This document shows, piece by piece, positions 19,530 to 30,821 of a stretch of DNA of 64,000 bases; within the stretch, counting starts at the first letter, position 1; each line of letters opens with the position of its first letter. The DNA comes from an uncultured Nitrospiraceae bacterium. Its GTDB lineage: Bacteria; Nitrospirota; Thermodesulfovibrionia; Thermodesulfovibrionales; Dissulfurispiraceae. A model generated the notes under the pieces. The model was not told the origin of the DNA and made no database searches. It saw only the letters and a list, made by a program, of their open reading frames with translations. The stretch spans positions 32,001-96,000 of the forward strand of contig CAVPIW010000007.1 in the NCBI GenBank assembly GCA_963705105.1, in the 5' to 3' direction. Position numbers and translations under genes: made by a program.

Positions 19530-19916
19530 TTACACTCTCCTCCTCTTGGGAGGCCTGCAGCCATTGTGCGGGACAGGAGTCACGTCCTTGATGAGCGTGA
19601 TCTCGAGACCCGCCGCCTGGAGGGCCCGAATCGCCGTCTCCCTGCCTGCGCCCGGTCCTTTCACGTATACCTCGACCTGTCTGAGCCCCATTTCCATCGC
19701 CTTTTTCGCAGCAGTTTCAGAGGCAAGCTGGGCTGCAAAAGGGGTTCCCTTTCTCGACCCCTTGAAGCCGAGGCTTCCGGCACTGGACCATGCGATCACG
19801 TTGCCGATCAGGTCGGTGATGGTTACGATCGTATTGTTGAAGGTCGTCTGTATATGGGCCGCACCGTTGGGTATATTTTTCTTTACTTTCTTTCCGGTCC
19901 TCTTCTTTTGAGCCAT
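19530..19916 (-). CDS. rpsK: 30S ribosomal protein S11
   Basis: [27 protein letters not shown]. Confidence 0.98.
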   Translation of the reverse strand: MAQKKRTGKKVKKNIPNGAAHIQTTFNNTIVTITDLIGNVIAWSSAGSLGFKGSRKGTPFAAQLASETAAKKAMEMGLRQVEVYVKGPGAGRETAIRALQAAGLEITLIKDVTPVPHNGCRPPKRRRV

Positions 19917-19934
19917 ACCGTACTGTCCTCCTCG

Positions 19935-20300
19935 TTACTTTTTCTTGATCACAAGCCTTCTGGGACCCTTCCTCGTGCGGGCGTTGGTCCGTGTCCGCTG
20001 CCCCCTGACGGGAAGATGGGCGTGATGTCGCTGCCCCCTGTAACACCCGATATCGGTGAGCCTCTTTATATTCATGGCAATGTCACGGCGAAGATCACCC
20101 TCGACCTGATAGTCCTTCTCAATGAGATTCCTGATCTTGACGATGTCAGCGTCGGTCAGGTCCTTGACCCTCACGTTCGGATTGACGTCCACGTCCTTCA
20201 GTATCTTGTTCGACAGCGGTCTTCCGATGCCGAATATGCGTGTGAGGCCGATCTCCACCCGCTCGTTTTTCGGCAGATCAACACCTGCGATTCGCGCCAT
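19935..20300 (-). CDS. rpsM: 30S ribosomal protein S13
   Basis: [24 protein letters not shown]. Confidence 0.98.
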   Translation of the reverse strand: MARIAGVDLPKNERVEIGLTRIFGIGRPLSNKILKDVDVNPNVRVKDLTDADIVKIRNLIEKDYQVEGDLRRDIAMNIKRLTDIGCYRGQRHHAHLPVRGQRTRTNARTRKGPRRLVIKKK

Positions 20301-20320
20301 ACACTGCTCCTTGTCTTAGA

Positions 20321-20352
20321 AAGTAATTAAGTAACTAAGTTATTAAGTTATT
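20321..20352. repeat. AT-rich 8-mer tandem repeat x4
   Basis: aagtaatt aagtaact aagttatt aagttatt. Confidence 0.75.
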
Positions 20353-20450
20353 GATAATCGGACAGCCAAACTGTTCAACACCGGGTCATCAGGCATCCCG
20401 CCGTGACGTCCCGGTGAACACATCGACCCCGCTGTTCAATTGTCCTGATG

Positions 20451-20564
20451 CTATCCCTGCTTCTGTTTGTGCCGTGGATTTTCGCAGAGAATCCTGACGA
20501 TGCCGCTTCTCTTGACGATCTTGCACTTCGTGCACATAGGTTTTACAGAGGGTCTGACTTTCAT
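20451..20564 (-). CDS. rpmJ: 50S ribosomal protein L36 (absent from ORF track)
   Basis: Manual translation [37 protein letters not shown]. Confidence 0.97.
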   Translation of the reverse strand: MKVRPSVKPMCTKCKIVKRSGIVRILCENPRHKQKQG

Positions 20565-20632
20565 GCTCCATCCTCCAGAGAGTGTAATCACAGCGAAAAG
20601 GGAGCGGCCGTCATTCACCGGCCCCTCTCATC

Positions 20633-20851
20633 TCATTTGAATCGGTACGTAATACGCCCTTTCGTGAGGTCGTAGGGTGACAGCTCGACAGTCACCTTGT
20701 CGCCGGGCAGAATCTTTATGAAATGCATCCTCATTTTACCGGACACGTACGCAAGAATGATCTGGCCGTTCTCCAGCCCAACCCTGAACATAGCATTCGG
20801 AAGGGTTTCGATAATGGTTCCCTGGACTTCTATATTCTCTTCTTTTGACAT
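20633..20851 (-). CDS. infA: Translation initiation factor IF-1
   Basis: [32 protein letters not shown]. Confidence 0.98.
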   Translation of the reverse strand: MSKEENIEVQGTIIETLPNAMFRVGLENGQIILAYVSGKMRMHFIKILPGDKVTVELSPYDLTKGRITYRFK

Positions 20852-20877
20852 ATTAACCTTAAAGTATACCTACCGGC

Positions 20878-21627
20878 TTAGATTATAGTCAAGATTTCAG
20901 GACCGTTCTTCAGCACCGCAATGGTATGCTCGAAGTGTGCCGAGAGGCTGCCGTCAGCTGTAACGGCGGTCCATCCGTCCTTCAGAAGGGTCACATCGGA
21001 CCGGCCCGCATTGACCATCGGCTCGATCGCGAGGGTCATCCCTTCCCGTAACCGGGCGCCTTGCCCGGGTTTCCCGAAATTCGGCACCTGGGGGTCCTCG
21101 TGGAGGGACCTGCCTATTCCGTGACCGACAAAGGCACGTACGACGGAATAGCCGTGGGACTCGACGAACTGCTGGATAGCAGCCGAAATGTCCGATACCC
21201 TGTTGCCGACTACGGCCTTCTCTATCCCCGCACAGAGGGCCTTCTCCGTCACGGCGATGAGCCGCTCGGCCTCGGGGCCGATGTCGCCGACGGGAACGGT
21301 GACGGCGGCATCGCCGTAAAATCCGTCCAGGAGAACGCCGATGTCTATGCTCACAATGTCGCCCTCTTTCACTCGCATCGCCTGAGACGGTATCCCGTGG
21401 ACGACCTGGTCATTCAGCGACAAGCACACGCTCGCGGGATAGCCGCGGTAGCCCCTGAAAGCGGGAATCCCTTTCCGTTCACGGATGGCCCTGTCGGCAA
21501 AGTTCTCTATGTCCGATGTCGTGACTCCCGCCCTGATATAAGTCTTCAAGCAGTGAAGCACCTCTGCGACGATCCTGCAGGCCTCCCTGATCCGGGCGAT
21601 TTCCGTTGGCGACTTGACGATTATCAC
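20878..21627 (-). CDS. map: Methionine aminopeptidase type I
   Basis: VVHGIP, DIG, GHGIG..LHEDP, AIEPM, AHFEHT. Confidence 0.97.
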   Translation of the reverse strand: MIIVKSPTEIARIREACRIVAEVLHCLKTYIRAGVTTSDIENFADRAIRERKGIPAFRGYRGYPASVCLSLNDQVVHGIPSQAMRVKEGDIVSIDIGVLLDGFYGDAAVTVPVGDIGPEAERLIAVTEKALCAGIEKAVVGNRVSDISAAIQQFVESHGYSVVRAFVGHGIGRSLHEDPQVPNFGKPGQGARLREGMTLAIEPMVNAGRSDVTLLKDGWTAVTADGSLSAHFEHTIAVLKNGPEILTII

Positions 21628-21646
21628 TCCGCGCCGGTCTCAGCAA

Positions 21647-22954
21647 TCAGCCCCTGCGGCCTCTCAGCCTTCCCTTCTTCAGAAAGCCTTCATAGGAACG
21701 GGTTATGAGATGGGACTCTATCTGGGAGACCGTATCGAGAGCCACTCCGACGGCGATGAGAAGAGACGTCCCGCCGAAATAAAAGGGCACGTTGAACCGG
21801 CTGATCAGGAGTTCCGGGATGATACAGACAACGGCCAGGTAGAAAGCACCGACAAAGGTCAGCCTCGTCAGGACGCGATAGATGTATTCCGATGTCTTCT
21901 GTCCCGGTCGTATGCCCGGAATGAACCCTCCGTGCTTCTGGAGATTCTCTGCGATATCAACGGGATTGAAAATGACGGCCGTATAAAAATAGGAGAAAAA
22001 GAAGATCAACCCGACGTACAGGAGAGAGTATACCAGTGTGCCCGGAGAAAGCTGTCTGGCAATGTCCTGTACCCAGGGAATGGCGATGAAGCCCGCCACC
22101 GTCGCCGGGAACATGATGATCGACGACGCGAAAATGGGGGGAATGACACCGGAGGTGTTGATCTTCAGGGGGAGGTGCGTGCTCTGCCCCCCGAAAACGC
22201 GTTTGCCGACGACCCTCTTGGCATACTGGACAGGGATCTTTCTCTGTCCGCGCTCGATGAAGATGATGCCTCCGACGACACCGACCATCATGACGACGAG
22301 GATGAGAACGAAAAAGATCGAGAGCTCCCCTGCCCTGACGAGGTTGATGGTGCTGACGATGGCCGCCGGAAAGCGCGCGACGATGCCGGCGAAGATGATC
22401 AGCGATATGCCGTTGCCGATACCCCTTTCCGTGATCTGCTCACCGAGCCACATCAGGAACGCAGTGCCCGACGTGAGGGTAATCATGGTAAGAAGGCGGA
22501 ATCCCCAGCCCGGCTGGGCAACAAAGCTTCCGCCGCCCATGTCCTCAAGCCCGACGGCGATGCCGAAGGACTGGATCGCCGCCACGACGACGGTGGCATA
22601 CCGGGTATACCTGACGATCTTTTTTCTGCCTGCATCGCCCTCCTTTGCAAGCTTCCCCAGGAAGGGGATGACGACGGTCAGGAGTTGAAATATGATGGAC
22701 GCGCTGATGTACGGCATGATCCCCAGGGCAAAGATGGTCATCATTGAAAGGGCCCCGCCGGAGAACATGTCGAAAAACCCCATCATGGCGCCGCCCTTTT
22801 CGGTAAGAAACTTGCTGAGCGCCTCGCCGTTTATCCCCGGCGTGGGAATATGGGCGCCGATCCGGTATACAGCGAGCAATGCGAGGGTGAACAAGACCCG
22901 GTTCTTGAGCTCGGGGATCTTGAAAATATTCTGTATACTCGCCAGAACGCTCAA
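21647..22954 (-). CDS. secY: Preprotein translocase SecY
   Basis: IFALGIMPYISASII, GIGNGISL, IPGIRPG, GGTSLLI; probable TTG start at 22954. Confidence 0.97.
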   Translation of the reverse strand: MSVLASIQNIFKIPELKNRVLFTLALLAVYRIGAHIPTPGINGEALSKFLTEKGGAMMGFFDMFSGGALSMMTIFALGIMPYISASIIFQLLTVVIPFLGKLAKEGDAGRKKIVRYTRYATVVVAAIQSFGIAVGLEDMGGGSFVAQPGWGFRLLTMITLTSGTAFLMWLGEQITERGIGNGISLIIFAGIVARFPAAIVSTINLVRAGELSIFFVLILVVMMVGVVGGIIFIERGQRKIPVQYAKRVVGKRVFGGQSTHLPLKINTSGVIPPIFASSIIMFPATVAGFIAIPWVQDIARQLSPGTLVYSLLYVGLIFFFSYFYTAVIFNPVDIAENLQKHGGFIPGIRPGQKTSEYIYRVLTRLTFVGAFYLAVVCIIPELLISRFNVPFYFGGTSLLIAVGVALDTVSQIESHLITRSYEGFLKKGRLRGRRG

Positions 22955-22955
22955 T

Positions 22956-23399
22956 TTACAGCACCTCCGCCTTGCCTCCTGCGGCGCCGATCCTCTCCGA
23001 AGCGGCTGCGCTGAAGGCATGGGCCCTGACGACGAGGGGCCTGGTGACCTCTCCGACACCCAGGACCTTGACTCCGTCCTTTATGTCTTTGATGATCCTC
23101 CGCTGCAGAAGGACCTCCGGCGTGATCATGTCCGTACCCTCAACCATGGCCAGGTCCCTGAGATTCACGATCGCATATTCCTTCTTAAAAGGCATATTCC
23201 TGAAGCCCCGTTTCGGGAGCCGTCTCTGGAGCGGCATCTGGCCGCCCTCGAAGCCGGGGCCCTTCGTCCCCCCGGAGCGGGCTTTCTGCCCCTTGTGCCC
23301 CTTTGTTGACGTTTTCCCGTGACCCGACCCGGGACCGCGGCCGATCCTCTTCGGCTTGTGCCTGCTGCCCTCGGCCGGCTTTAATTCCTGTATCTTCAT
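22956..23399 (-). CDS. rplO: 50S ribosomal protein L15
   Basis: [28 protein letters not shown]. Confidence 0.98.
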   Translation of the reverse strand: MKIQELKPAEGSRHKPKRIGRGPGSGHGKTSTKGHKGQKARSGGTKGPGFEGGQMPLQRRLPKRGFRNMPFKKEYAIVNLRDLAMVEGTDMITPEVLLQRRIIKDIKDGVKVLGVGEVTRPLVVRAHAFSAAASERIGAAGGKAEVL

Positions 23400-23413
23400 G
23401 GCTCTTTGTCCTC

Positions 23414-23938
23414 CTATGCGCTCACTTCTTCAGCGGCGGGCTCTTCTTCCGTCTTCCCCCGGAGCCTCATGACCGTTTCCGGGTCCTTGAGGTCGAGCAG
23501 CCCGTTCATGGTGGCCTTCACGGTATTGAAGGGGTTGTGGCTGCCGAGGGACTTGGCGACGATGTCCTGGATGCCCGAGACCTCGAAGACCGCCCGGACC
23601 GCCCCGCCGGCGATGATGCCCGTCCCCTTCGGCGCGGGATTGATGACCACATTGATGGAACCGTAGCGGCCGATGACACGGTGAGGTACCGTCCCCTCCC
23701 TGAGAGGGAACCGGATCAGCCGTTTCTTCGCCTGTTCAATGGCCTTTCTGATCGCCTCGGGAACCTCGTTCGCCTTGCCCTTTCCCATGCCGATGATACC
23801 ACTCTCGTCCCCGACAACGACAAGGGCGCTGAAGGAGAATCTCCGTCCGCCCTTCACCACCTTTGCGACCCTGTTTATGTAAACGACTTTATCCTTTAAA
23901 TTGAGCCCTTCGGCATCTATCCGCTCGGTCTTCACCAT
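23414..23938 (-). CDS. rpsE: 30S ribosomal protein S5
   Basis: [26 protein letters not shown] at 23938. Confidence 0.98.
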   Translation of the reverse strand: MVKTERIDAEGLNLKDKVVYINRVAKVVKGGRRFSFSALVVVGDESGIIGMGKGKANEVPEAIRKAIEQAKKRLIRFPLREGTVPHRVIGRYGSINVVINPAPKGTGIIAGGAVRAVFEVSGIQDIVAKSLGSHNPFNTVKATMNGLLDLKDPETVMRLRGKTEEEPAAEEVSA

Positions 23939-23951
23939 ACCTCCTTCGTGA

Positions 23952-24311
23952 TCAGAATTGCAATCCGCCTTCTCTGGCGCCCTCGGCGAGTGCCTTGACA
24001 CAGCCGTGATATTTATAGCCGCCGCGGTCGAAAACAACCTTACCGATTCCCGCCTCGATCGATTTGCGCGCTACGAGCATTCCCACCTTCTTCGCCATCG
24101 TTGCGTTTCCCCTGTGACCCTGCACCTCTTTGAATTCACCGTCGAGGCTCGATGCGGAGATGAGCGTGTGACCCTTCACGTCATCGATGACCTGCGCATA
24201 AATGTTGTTGAGGCTCTTGTGGATGCTGAGCCTCGGTCTCTCCGGAGTTCCGGCGACGCTTTTCCTGATGCGCGTGTGTCTCCTCGTTCGTGCCAGTTCC
24301 TTCTGGTTCAC
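23952..24311 (-). CDS. rplR: 50S ribosomal protein L18
   Basis: [22 protein letters not shown]. Confidence 0.97.
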   Translation of the reverse strand: MNQKELARTRRHTRIRKSVAGTPERPRLSIHKSLNNIYAQVIDDVKGHTLISASSLDGEFKEVQGHRGNATMAKKVGMLVARKSIEAGIGKVVFDRGGYKYHGCVKALAEGAREGGLQF

Positions 24312-24323
24312 CGACTACCTCCT

Positions 24324-24866
24324 CTATTTCTTGCCTGTCTTCCCGGCCTTGAGTTTCATTCTCACTCCGGCATACCGGACGCCCTTGCCCTTATATGCAT
24401 CCGGCGGCCTGAGCTTTCTCAGATTCGCCGCCACCTGCCCGATGAGCTGCTTGTCGATACCTGTCAGGGTGATCGTCGTCTGCCTGTCATCAACCGTGGC
24501 CGATACGCCCTCGGGAAGCTTGAACTCGACGGGATGAGAGTATCCGAGAGTGAAGGTGATGCTGTCTCCCTTGACCTGTGCCCTGTATCCGACGCCCGAT
24601 ATCTCGAGCACCCGTTTGTAGCCCTCGGAGACACCGCTCACCATGTTCGCGACGAGACTCCTGACGAGGCCGTGCAACGCCCTGTCGACCTTCGAGTCCG
24701 AGCGCCTCGCGACAAGGATCCTGCCTTCGGCGACGTCGACCTGAACGCTTTCGGGCTTGGAATAGGTGAGTTCACCCTTCGGGCCCTTGACTTCGATCAC
24801 GTCCCCCCTGAGCCCGATCTGCACTCCCTGAGGGACCTCTATAGGCTTTTTTCCGACTCTCGACAT
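24324..24866 (-). CDS. rplF: 50S ribosomal protein L6
   Basis: MSRVGKKP, GVGYRA, LGYSHP, PDAYKGKG. Confidence 0.98.
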   Translation of the reverse strand: MSRVGKKPIEVPQGVQIGLRGDVIEVKGPKGELTYSKPESVQVDVAEGRILVARRSDSKVDRALHGLVRSLVANMVSGVSEGYKRVLEISGVGYRAQVKGDSITFTLGYSHPVEFKLPEGVSATVDDRQTTITLTGIDKQLIGQVAANLRKLRPPDAYKGKGVRYAGVRMKLKAGKTGKK

Positions 24867-24876
24867 CTCTCACTCC

Positions 24877-25272
24877 TTACCATATATGACATAATACCTC
24901 GCCGCCCACACCTTCCTGACGGCACTCCTTGTCAGTCAGTATGCCCCGCGAGGTCGTGAGAATCGCCACACCCATGCCGCCGATGACCTTGGGGATCTCT
25001 TCCTTGCCGACGTAGACCCTTCTGCCCGGTGTGCTGATCCGTTTCAGTCCCGTGAGGATCGGCTCGTTCGCCGGCGTGTATTTGAGGGTGACGCGGAGGG
25101 TACCTTGTTTCCTGTCCTTGATGATCTTGTAGGATTTTATGAAACCCTCTTCCTTGAGGATCTTCGCCATCTCGACCTTTATCTTCGAGGCGGGAATGTC
25201 CACCTTCTCCATTTTTATGAGAATTCCGTTCCGTATCCGGGTCAGCATGTCTGCGATTGGATCAGTCAACAT
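24877..25272 (-). CDS. rpsH: 30S ribosomal protein S8
   Basis: [25 protein letters not shown]. Confidence 0.98.
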   Translation of the reverse strand: MLTDPIADMLTRIRNGILIKMEKVDIPASKIKVEMAKILKEEGFIKSYKIIKDRKQGTLRVTLKYTPANEPILTGLKRISTPGRRVYVGKEEIPKVIGGMGVAILTTSRGILTDKECRQEGVGGEVLCHIW

Positions 25273-25282
25273 CTCGGCACCT

Positions 25283-25468
25283 CTACCAGCTTGATTTCGT
25301 TACGCCGGGGATCTGTCCCCGGAGAGAGAGAGTTCGGAAGCAAATCCTGCACATGCCGAACTTCCTCATATACGCCCTCGGCCTTCCGCACAGGTGACAT
25401 CTATTGTACGCCCTCACCTTGAACTTCGGGGGCCTTTTCACCTTCTCCATCATACATACTTTCGCCAC
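25283..25468 (-). CDS. rpsZ: 30S ribosomal protein S14, Zn-binding type Z
   Basis: 61 aa, [21 protein letters not shown]. Confidence 0.96.
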   Translation of the reverse strand: MAKVCMMEKVKRPPKFKVRAYNRCHLCGRPRAYMRKFGMCRICFRTLSLRGQIPGVTKSSW

Positions 25469-25478
25469 AGTGTCCTCC

Positions 25479-26021
25479 TTACTTTCTGAAGGGTACTCCC
25501 AGGTGTCTTAACAACTCCCTGCATTCCCTGTCCGTCCTTGCCGACGTGCAGACGGTCACGTCCAGGCCGTGAACCATCTCGACTTTGTCATAATCGATCT
25601 CGGGAAAGATGAACTGCTCCTTCAGTCCGAAGGAGTAGTTGCCCCTCCCGTCAAAGGACTTCTGCGACAGCCCCTTGAAATCGCGGATCCTGGGCAGGGC
25701 GGCGCTGATAAGCCTGTCCATGAATTCATACATCATCTCACCCCTCAACGTCACCTTGCAACCCAGCGGCACGTCTTTCCTGAGCTTGAACCCGGCGATG
25801 GCCCTCTTGGATTTCGTCACGAGCGGTTTCTGTCCCGTAATCACCGCCAGTTCCTTCTCCGCCGCATCGAGGAGCTTGATGTTCTGAGTGGCCTCTCCGA
25901 GAGTCACATGGACAACGACCTTTTCGACTTTCGGAACCTGCATGACGTTGCTGTAGTCGAACTCCTTCATGAGAGCAGGAATCACTTCGTTCTTGTATTT
26001 ATCCTTCAGCCTCGGCGCCAT
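25479..26021 (-). CDS. rplE: 50S ribosomal protein L5
   Basis: [27 protein letters not shown]. Confidence 0.98.
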   Translation of the reverse strand: MAPRLKDKYKNEVIPALMKEFDYSNVMQVPKVEKVVVHVTLGEATQNIKLLDAAEKELAVITGQKPLVTKSKRAIAGFKLRKDVPLGCKVTLRGEMMYEFMDRLISAALPRIRDFKGLSQKSFDGRGNYSFGLKEQFIFPEIDYDKVEMVHGLDVTVCTSARTDRECRELLRHLGVPFRK

Positions 26022-26024
26022 TCC

Positions 26025-26342
26025 TTAATCTATGACCTCCTTACACTTCTTACAGTTCCTGACTTTTCTTCCCGTATCGAGGACCTTATTCCCGATGCGC
26101 GTCGATTTATTGCATTTGGGGCAGACAAGCATGACATTGGAGATGTGAATCGGGGCCTCCTTATCGATGATCCCGCCCTGTGCGTATTTCTTGCTGGGCT
26201 TCATGTGCTTCTTGACGATGTTGGTGCCTTCGATGATGACCGTCTCTGCTGCAGGCGTCACCGAGAGCACCCGTCCCTTTTTGCCCTTGTTCTTCCCGGT
26301 GATGACAACGGCGGTATCTCCCTTCTTGATCCTCAGACCCAC
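26025..26342 (-). CDS. rplX: 50S ribosomal protein L24
   Basis: [23 protein letters not shown]. Confidence 0.97.
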   Translation of the reverse strand: MGLRIKKGDTAVVITGKNKGKKGRVLSVTPAAETVIIEGTNIVKKHMKPSKKYAQGGIIDKEAPIHISNVMLVCPKCNKSTRIGNKVLDTGRKVRNCKKCKEVID

Positions 26343-26424
26343 TTCATCCTCCCTTTCTTCAATTCATCGCTCTCATGATGCCCGCCCTTGTCCCTACCGG
26401 CGAAAGGGCGGCCGGCACATTCCC

Positions 26425-26793
26425 TTAGAGCACCTCAGGGGCAAGGGAAATGATCTTCATGAATTCCTTCCAGCGCAGTTCCCGGGCAACAGGGCCGAAT
26501 ATTCTCGTTCCGATGGGCTCCATCTGGTTGTTGATGAGGACGACGGCGTTCTGGTCGAACCGGATATACGTTCCGTCGGCCCTTCTCGTCTCCTTCTTCG
26601 TCCTCACGACAACGCCCTTTGCAACGGTGCCCGCCTTGACATTTCCTTCGGGCATCGCCTCCTTGATCGTCACGACGATAATGTCACCGAGCCTCGCGTA
26701 TCTCCTGTTGGAACCGCCGAGAACCCTGATGCACTGCGCCCTCTTGGCCCCCGAATTGTCTGCTACCACGAGCATGCTTCTTGGCTGTATCAT
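26425..26793 (-). CDS. rplN: 50S ribosomal protein L14
   Basis: [26 protein letters not shown]. Confidence 0.98.
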   Translation of the reverse strand: MIQPRSMLVVADNSGAKRAQCIRVLGGSNRRYARLGDIIVVTIKEAMPEGNVKAGTVAKGVVVRTKKETRRADGTYIRFDQNAVVLINNQMEPIGTRIFGPVARELRWKEFMKIISLAPEVL

Positions 26794-26805
26794 CTCTCCC
26801 TGTCC

Positions 26806-27045
26806 TCACCTTTTGATGATTTTAACCACCTGCCACCGCTTTTCCTTGCTTATGGGTCTGCTCTCGATGATCTGCACGACATCACCGGTCCGGCACTCGT
26901 TCGCGTCATCGTGGGCCTTGAACTTGGTGACCTTCTTCATCGTCTTCTTGTAGAGCGGATGCTGGAATGTCCTCGTCACGGCGACGACGACGGTCTTGTC
27001 CATCTTGTCGCTCACCACATTCCCTGTATAGATCTTCTTAGGCAT
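26806..27045 (-). CDS. rpsQ: 30S ribosomal protein S17
   Basis: [27 protein letters not shown]. Confidence 0.97.
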   Translation of the reverse strand: MPKKIYTGNVVSDKMDKTVVVAVTRTFQHPLYKKTMKKVTKFKAHDDANECRTGDVVQIIESRPISKEKRWQVVKIIKR

Positions 27046-27253
27046 TGTCGGTACTCCTCGCTGCGGCTTTCTGCTTTTCCGTTATTATCGTCAATACCCG
27101 TGCGATGTCCTTTCTGACCATGCTGATTCTCTGGTTGTTCTGGAGTTCTCCCTTGGCATGCTGAAACCTCAGATTGAAGAGCTCCTTCCGGAAATCCATT
27201 TCCTTCAGTTTCAGTTCGTCTATGCTCAGGGATCTGAGATCGGAGGCCTTCAT
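27038..27253 (-). CDS. rpmC: 50S ribosomal protein L29
   Basis: [17 protein letters not shown]. Confidence 0.95.
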   Translation of the reverse strand: MKASDLRSLSIDELKLKEMDFRKELFNLRFQHAKGELQNNQRISMVRKDIARVLTIITEKQKAAARSTDNA

Positions 27254-27669
27254 GCCACTACCTCCTCTCGCTTCACGAATTTCGTCGCGATGGGAAGCTT
27301 CTGGGAGGCAAGCCTGAAAGCCTCTTTCGCCACCTCTTCGGTCACGCCGGAGAACTCGTAGAGGATGCGGCCCGGCTTTATCACGGCCACCCAGAATTCG
27401 GGATTGCCCTTTCCCTTGCCCATTCTCGTTTCAGCAGGCTTCTTCGTGATGGGCTTGTCCGGAAAGATCCGTATCCAGACCTTGCATCCCTTCTTTGCCT
27501 GGCGGGTGATCGCCACCCTGGCCGCCTCGATCTGACGGCTCGTTATCCACCCGGGCTCCATCGCCCTGATGCCGAACTCGCCGAAGGAGACCGACGATCC
27601 CGTATAGGCCTTCCCGCACATCCTGCCCTTCTGCATCTTTCTGAATTTTATCTTTTTGGGTGCTAACAT
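27250..27669 (-). CDS. rplP: 50S ribosomal protein L16
   Basis: RQIEAAR, RIFPDKP, RMGKGKG. Confidence 0.98.
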   Translation of the reverse strand: MLAPKKIKFRKMQKGRMCGKAYTGSSVSFGEFGIRAMEPGWITSRQIEAARVAITRQAKKGCKVWIRIFPDKPITKKPAETRMGKGKGNPEFWVAVIKPGRILYEFSGVTEEVAKEAFRLASQKLPIATKFVKREEVVA

Positions 27670-27670
27670 C

Positions 27671-28327
27671 TCACTCTCCTATGATGGATGTACCGGACTG
27701 CTCAGGAAGCACATCACCATGGTACAGCCAGACCTTGATGCCGATGGCCCCGTAGGTCGTCCTGGCCTCGGCGAACCCGTAATCGACGTTCGCCCGGAAG
27801 GTGCTCAGGGGCACCCTCCCCTCCCTGTACCACTCGGACCTCGCGATCTCGGCCCCGGCGAGTCTTCCCGAACACTGCACCTTGATCCCCAGCGCCCCGA
27901 AGCGCATGGCCGATGAGACGGACCTCTTCAGTGCCCTCCTGAAGGCGACCCTCTTTTCGATCTGCAGGGCAATGTTCTCGGCGACGAGCTGTGCGTCGAC
28001 CTCGGGCTTCCTGATCTCTTTTATATCAATGCCGATCTGTTTCGACGTGACAAGCTCAAGGTCCCTTTTGAGTTTCTCGACTTCGGCGCCCTTCTTGCCG
28101 ATGATGATACCGGGCCTTGTCGTGTGTATGATCACCTTGAGCTTCTGTCCGGGTCGTTCGATCTCGATTCTCGATATCCCGGCATGATAAAGCTTGTCCT
28201 TGATGTATTTTCTGACCCGCAGGTCCTCAAGGAGCTGGGCAGAATAGCCCTTTTTCAGAAACCACCTTGATTCCCACGTTCTGATAATGCCGACTCTGTT
28301 CCCGATAGGATTCGTCTTCTGACCCAA
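27671..28327 (-). CDS. rpsC: 30S ribosomal protein S3
   Basis: [27 protein letters not shown]. Confidence 0.98.
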   Translation of the reverse strand: MGQKTNPIGNRVGIIRTWESRWFLKKGYSAQLLEDLRVRKYIKDKLYHAGISRIEIERPGQKLKVIIHTTRPGIIIGKKGAEVEKLKRDLELVTSKQIGIDIKEIRKPEVDAQLVAENIALQIEKRVAFRRALKRSVSSAMRFGALGIKVQCSGRLAGAEIARSEWYREGRVPLSTFRANVDYGFAEARTTYGAIGIKVWLYHGDVLPEQSGTSIIGE

Positions 28328-28432
28328 ATCATCACCCCCTTGAGAGATGTCCCGCGCCGTCGCGACAGGTGTTCTTTCCTGTTCCTGCCCGCCCGGCGCC
28401 GACGACCCGATGCAGTATTGTCAATCTCATTC

Positions 28433-28768
28433 CTATTCCTCTGTCACCACGATCGTGATGTGACAGCTCCTCTTCTTGATCACGTTCGCCCTTCCCATGG
28501 CCCGCGGTTCCATGCGTTTCATCATCGGCCCCTGATCGACGAAGGCCGACGTGATCTTCAGCTTGTCGATATCGAGACGGGTGTTCTTCTGCTCCGCATT
28601 CGCCATGGCGGACTTCAGCACCTTTGCCACGACATGGGCAGCCCTGTAGGGCATGAACCGCAGGGAGACGAGGGCATCGGAAGCCCCTTTCCCCCTGATG
28701 AGATCGACCACTCTCCGCGCCTTTCTGGGAGTCATCCGCGCATATCGTAAAATCGCCTTCGATTCCAT
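28433..28768 (-). CDS. rplV: 50S ribosomal protein L22
   Basis: PRKAR.VVDLIRG, SAMANA, PRAMGR. Confidence 0.97.
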   Translation of the reverse strand: MESKAILRYARMTPRKARRVVDLIRGKGASDALVSLRFMPYRAAHVVAKVLKSAMANAEQKNTRLDIDKLKITSAFVDQGPMMKRMEPRAMGRANVIKKRSCHITIVVTEE

Positions 28769-28771
28769 TTC

Positions 28772-29056
28772 TTAACCCTTCACTGATGTTGTCTTCTCGG
28801 AGCGCGCATGCCCCTTGTAAAAGCGGGTCGGCGCAAACTCGCCGAGCTTATGTCCGACCATGTTCTCCGTCACGTAAATGGGGATGAACTTCCTCCCGTT
28901 GTGGACCGCAAAGGTGAAGCCGATGAACTCAGGCATGACGGTGGACCTTCTCGACCACGTCTTGATCATCTTTTTCTCTCCCGTCGAGAGGAGCTCCTGA
29001 ACTTTCTTCATGAGCTTTTCTTCCACAAAGGGTCCTTTTTTCAGCGATCGTGGCAC
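28772..29056 (-). CDS. rpsS: 30S ribosomal protein S19
   Basis: [23 protein letters not shown]. Confidence 0.98.
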   Translation of the reverse strand: MPRSLKKGPFVEEKLMKKVQELLSTGEKKMIKTWSRRSTVMPEFIGFTFAVHNGRKFIPIYVTENMVGHKLGEFAPTRFYKGHARSEKTTSVKG

Positions 29057-29066
29057 CTGTCCCTCC

Positions 29067-29885
29067 TCATGCGCGTTTCTTCACGATAAACTTATCCGTA
29101 CGCTTGTTGCTTCTTGTCCTGACGCCCTCGGGCTTACCCCAGGGAGAGCAGGCAGGCCTGCCTCCGGACGACCGCCCTTCGCCGCCGCCCAGCGGATGAT
29201 CGATGGGGTTCATGGCGACGCCCCTCACGTGGGGCCTCCAGCCGAAGTGGCGGTTCCGCCCCGCCTTTCCGAGGGATATGTTCTCATGCTCCACATTGCC
29301 GACCTGCCCGATCGTTGCCATGCAGGACAACCGCACGAGCCTCACCTCTCCCGACGGCATCTTGACCTGGGCATAGGCGCTCTCTTTCGCGACGAGCTGT
29401 GCCGAAGCGCCGGCGCTCCTGACAAGCTTGGCGCCCTGTCCCGGTCTCAACTCGATATTGTGAATGAGCGTGCCCAGCGGCACTTCCTTGATCGGGAGGG
29501 CATTGCCGGGCTTGATGTCCGCATTCGGCCCGGACATGACGGTATCACCGACCGTCAATCCCGCTGGGGCGAGGATATACCTCTTCTCGCCGTCGACGTA
29601 CTGCAGGAGCGCAATCCGCGCCGACCTGTTCGGGTCGTATTCGATCGTTTTCACGGATGCCGGGATGCCCGTCTTATCCCGTTTGAAGTCTATGATCCTG
29701 TACTGCCTCCTGTTGCCGCCGCCCCTGTGCCATGCCGTCACGCGGCCCTGGTTGTTGCGGCCGCCCCTCTTCTTGAGCGGGACCGTCAGGGCTTTATGGG
29801 GACGGTCTGCCGTTATATCCTTGAAATCGGACGCGGTCTGGAACCTCCGTCCTGGCGATGTCGGATTGAATGAGCGAATACCCAT
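29067..29885 (-). CDS. rplB: 50S ribosomal protein L2
   Basis: [25 protein letters not shown]. Confidence 0.98.
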   Translation of the reverse strand: MGIRSFNPTSPGRRFQTASDFKDITADRPHKALTVPLKKRGGRNNQGRVTAWHRGGGNRRQYRIIDFKRDKTGIPASVKTIEYDPNRSARIALLQYVDGEKRYILAPAGLTVGDTVMSGPNADIKPGNALPIKEVPLGTLIHNIELRPGQGAKLVRSAGASAQLVAKESAYAQVKMPSGEVRLVRLSCMATIGQVGNVEHENISLGKAGRNRHFGWRPHVRGVAMNPIDHPLGGGEGRSSGGRPACSPWGKPEGVRTRSNKRTDKFIVKKRA

Positions 29886-30176
29886 CTATACCCCCTCCAC
29901 GAAATCGAGCTTTTCACCCTTTTTCAGGGTAATAATCGCCTTTTTCCGGTCCGCCGTCATCCCCGAGGACTTGCCGTAGCGCTTGAACTTGCCCCGGACG
30001 TTCACCGTGGCGACCTTCTCAATCTTCACCTTGAAGATCTCCTCCATCGCTTTCCTGATCTCGTGCTTGTTGGCATCGGGATGGACCTCGATGAGGATCT
30101 TGTTCTCCCTCTCCTTGATATCCATGCCCTTTTCCGTGAAAAGGGGCCTTTTGATGACATCGTATATGATTTTCAT
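29886..30176 (-). CDS. rplW: 50S ribosomal protein L23
   Basis: P..TEK, ANK.EI, KKAIITL. Confidence 0.95.
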   Translation of the reverse strand: MKIIYDVIKRPLFTEKGMDIKERENKILIEVHPDANKHEIRKAMEEIFKVKIEKVATVNVRGKFKRYGKSSGMTADRKKAIITLKKGEKLDFVEGV

Positions 30177-30820
30177 GACGTTGTGTCCTCCTGTCCGGCC
30201 ACCCTCTCCTGAAGTTTCCTGAGCGCCTCGGCCGTGAAAAGGAGGGTGTCGTACGATGCCACATGCAGGGCATTGAGATCGGTGACCCGCACAATGTCCG
30301 CCTTCGGAATGTTTCTGACGGAAAGCATGAGGTTTTCATCCCTTTCGGGGGTCACGAAAAGGACCGTCCTGTCCTGGAATCCCAGGTTTCCGAGCATCTG
30401 GACGACAAACTTCGTCTTCGGTTTCTCGAGAGCGATCGATTCGATGACTCCCACTTCGCCGTCGGAGAATTTCATCGACAGGGCCTTGCACAGGGCGATG
30501 CGCCTGAGGTTCCTCGGAAGCCTCTGGGTATAGTCCCGCGGCTCGGGACCGAAAGCGATGCCGCCGCCTCTCCAGATAGGCGAACGCGTGCTGCCGTGGC
30601 GGGACCTCCCGGTGTGTTTCTGCTTCCAGGGCTTCTTGCCGCCGCCGCTCACCATGCTCCGAGTCTTCGTGGCATGCGTGCCCTGCCTCATGTTGGCGAG
30701 ATACCCCACCACTGCGGCATGCACGACCGAATCGGACGCCGTGCTCCCGAATATCTCTTCCGGGAGCGTCACTTTCCCCTTTATGGAGTTGTTTCCGTCT
30801 TTTATATCAATCTCCAGCAT
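30173..30820 (-). CDS. rplD: 50S ribosomal protein L4
   Basis: RQGTHATKTR, KPWKQK.TGR, GGGIAFGP. Confidence 0.97.
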   Translation of the reverse strand: MLEIDIKDGNNSIKGKVTLPEEIFGSTASDSVVHAAVVGYLANMRQGTHATKTRSMVSGGGKKPWKQKHTGRSRHGSTRSPIWRGGGIAFGPEPRDYTQRLPRNLRRIALCKALSMKFSDGEVGVIESIALEKPKTKFVVQMLGNLGFQDRTVLFVTPERDENLMLSVRNIPKADIVRVTDLNALHVASYDTLLFTAEALRKLQERVAGQEDTTS

Positions 30821-30821
30821 A

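Noticed and set aside
28405..28430. TTGACA on the minus strand in the rplV-rpsC spacer
   Set aside because: No -10 hexamer at a suitable spacing
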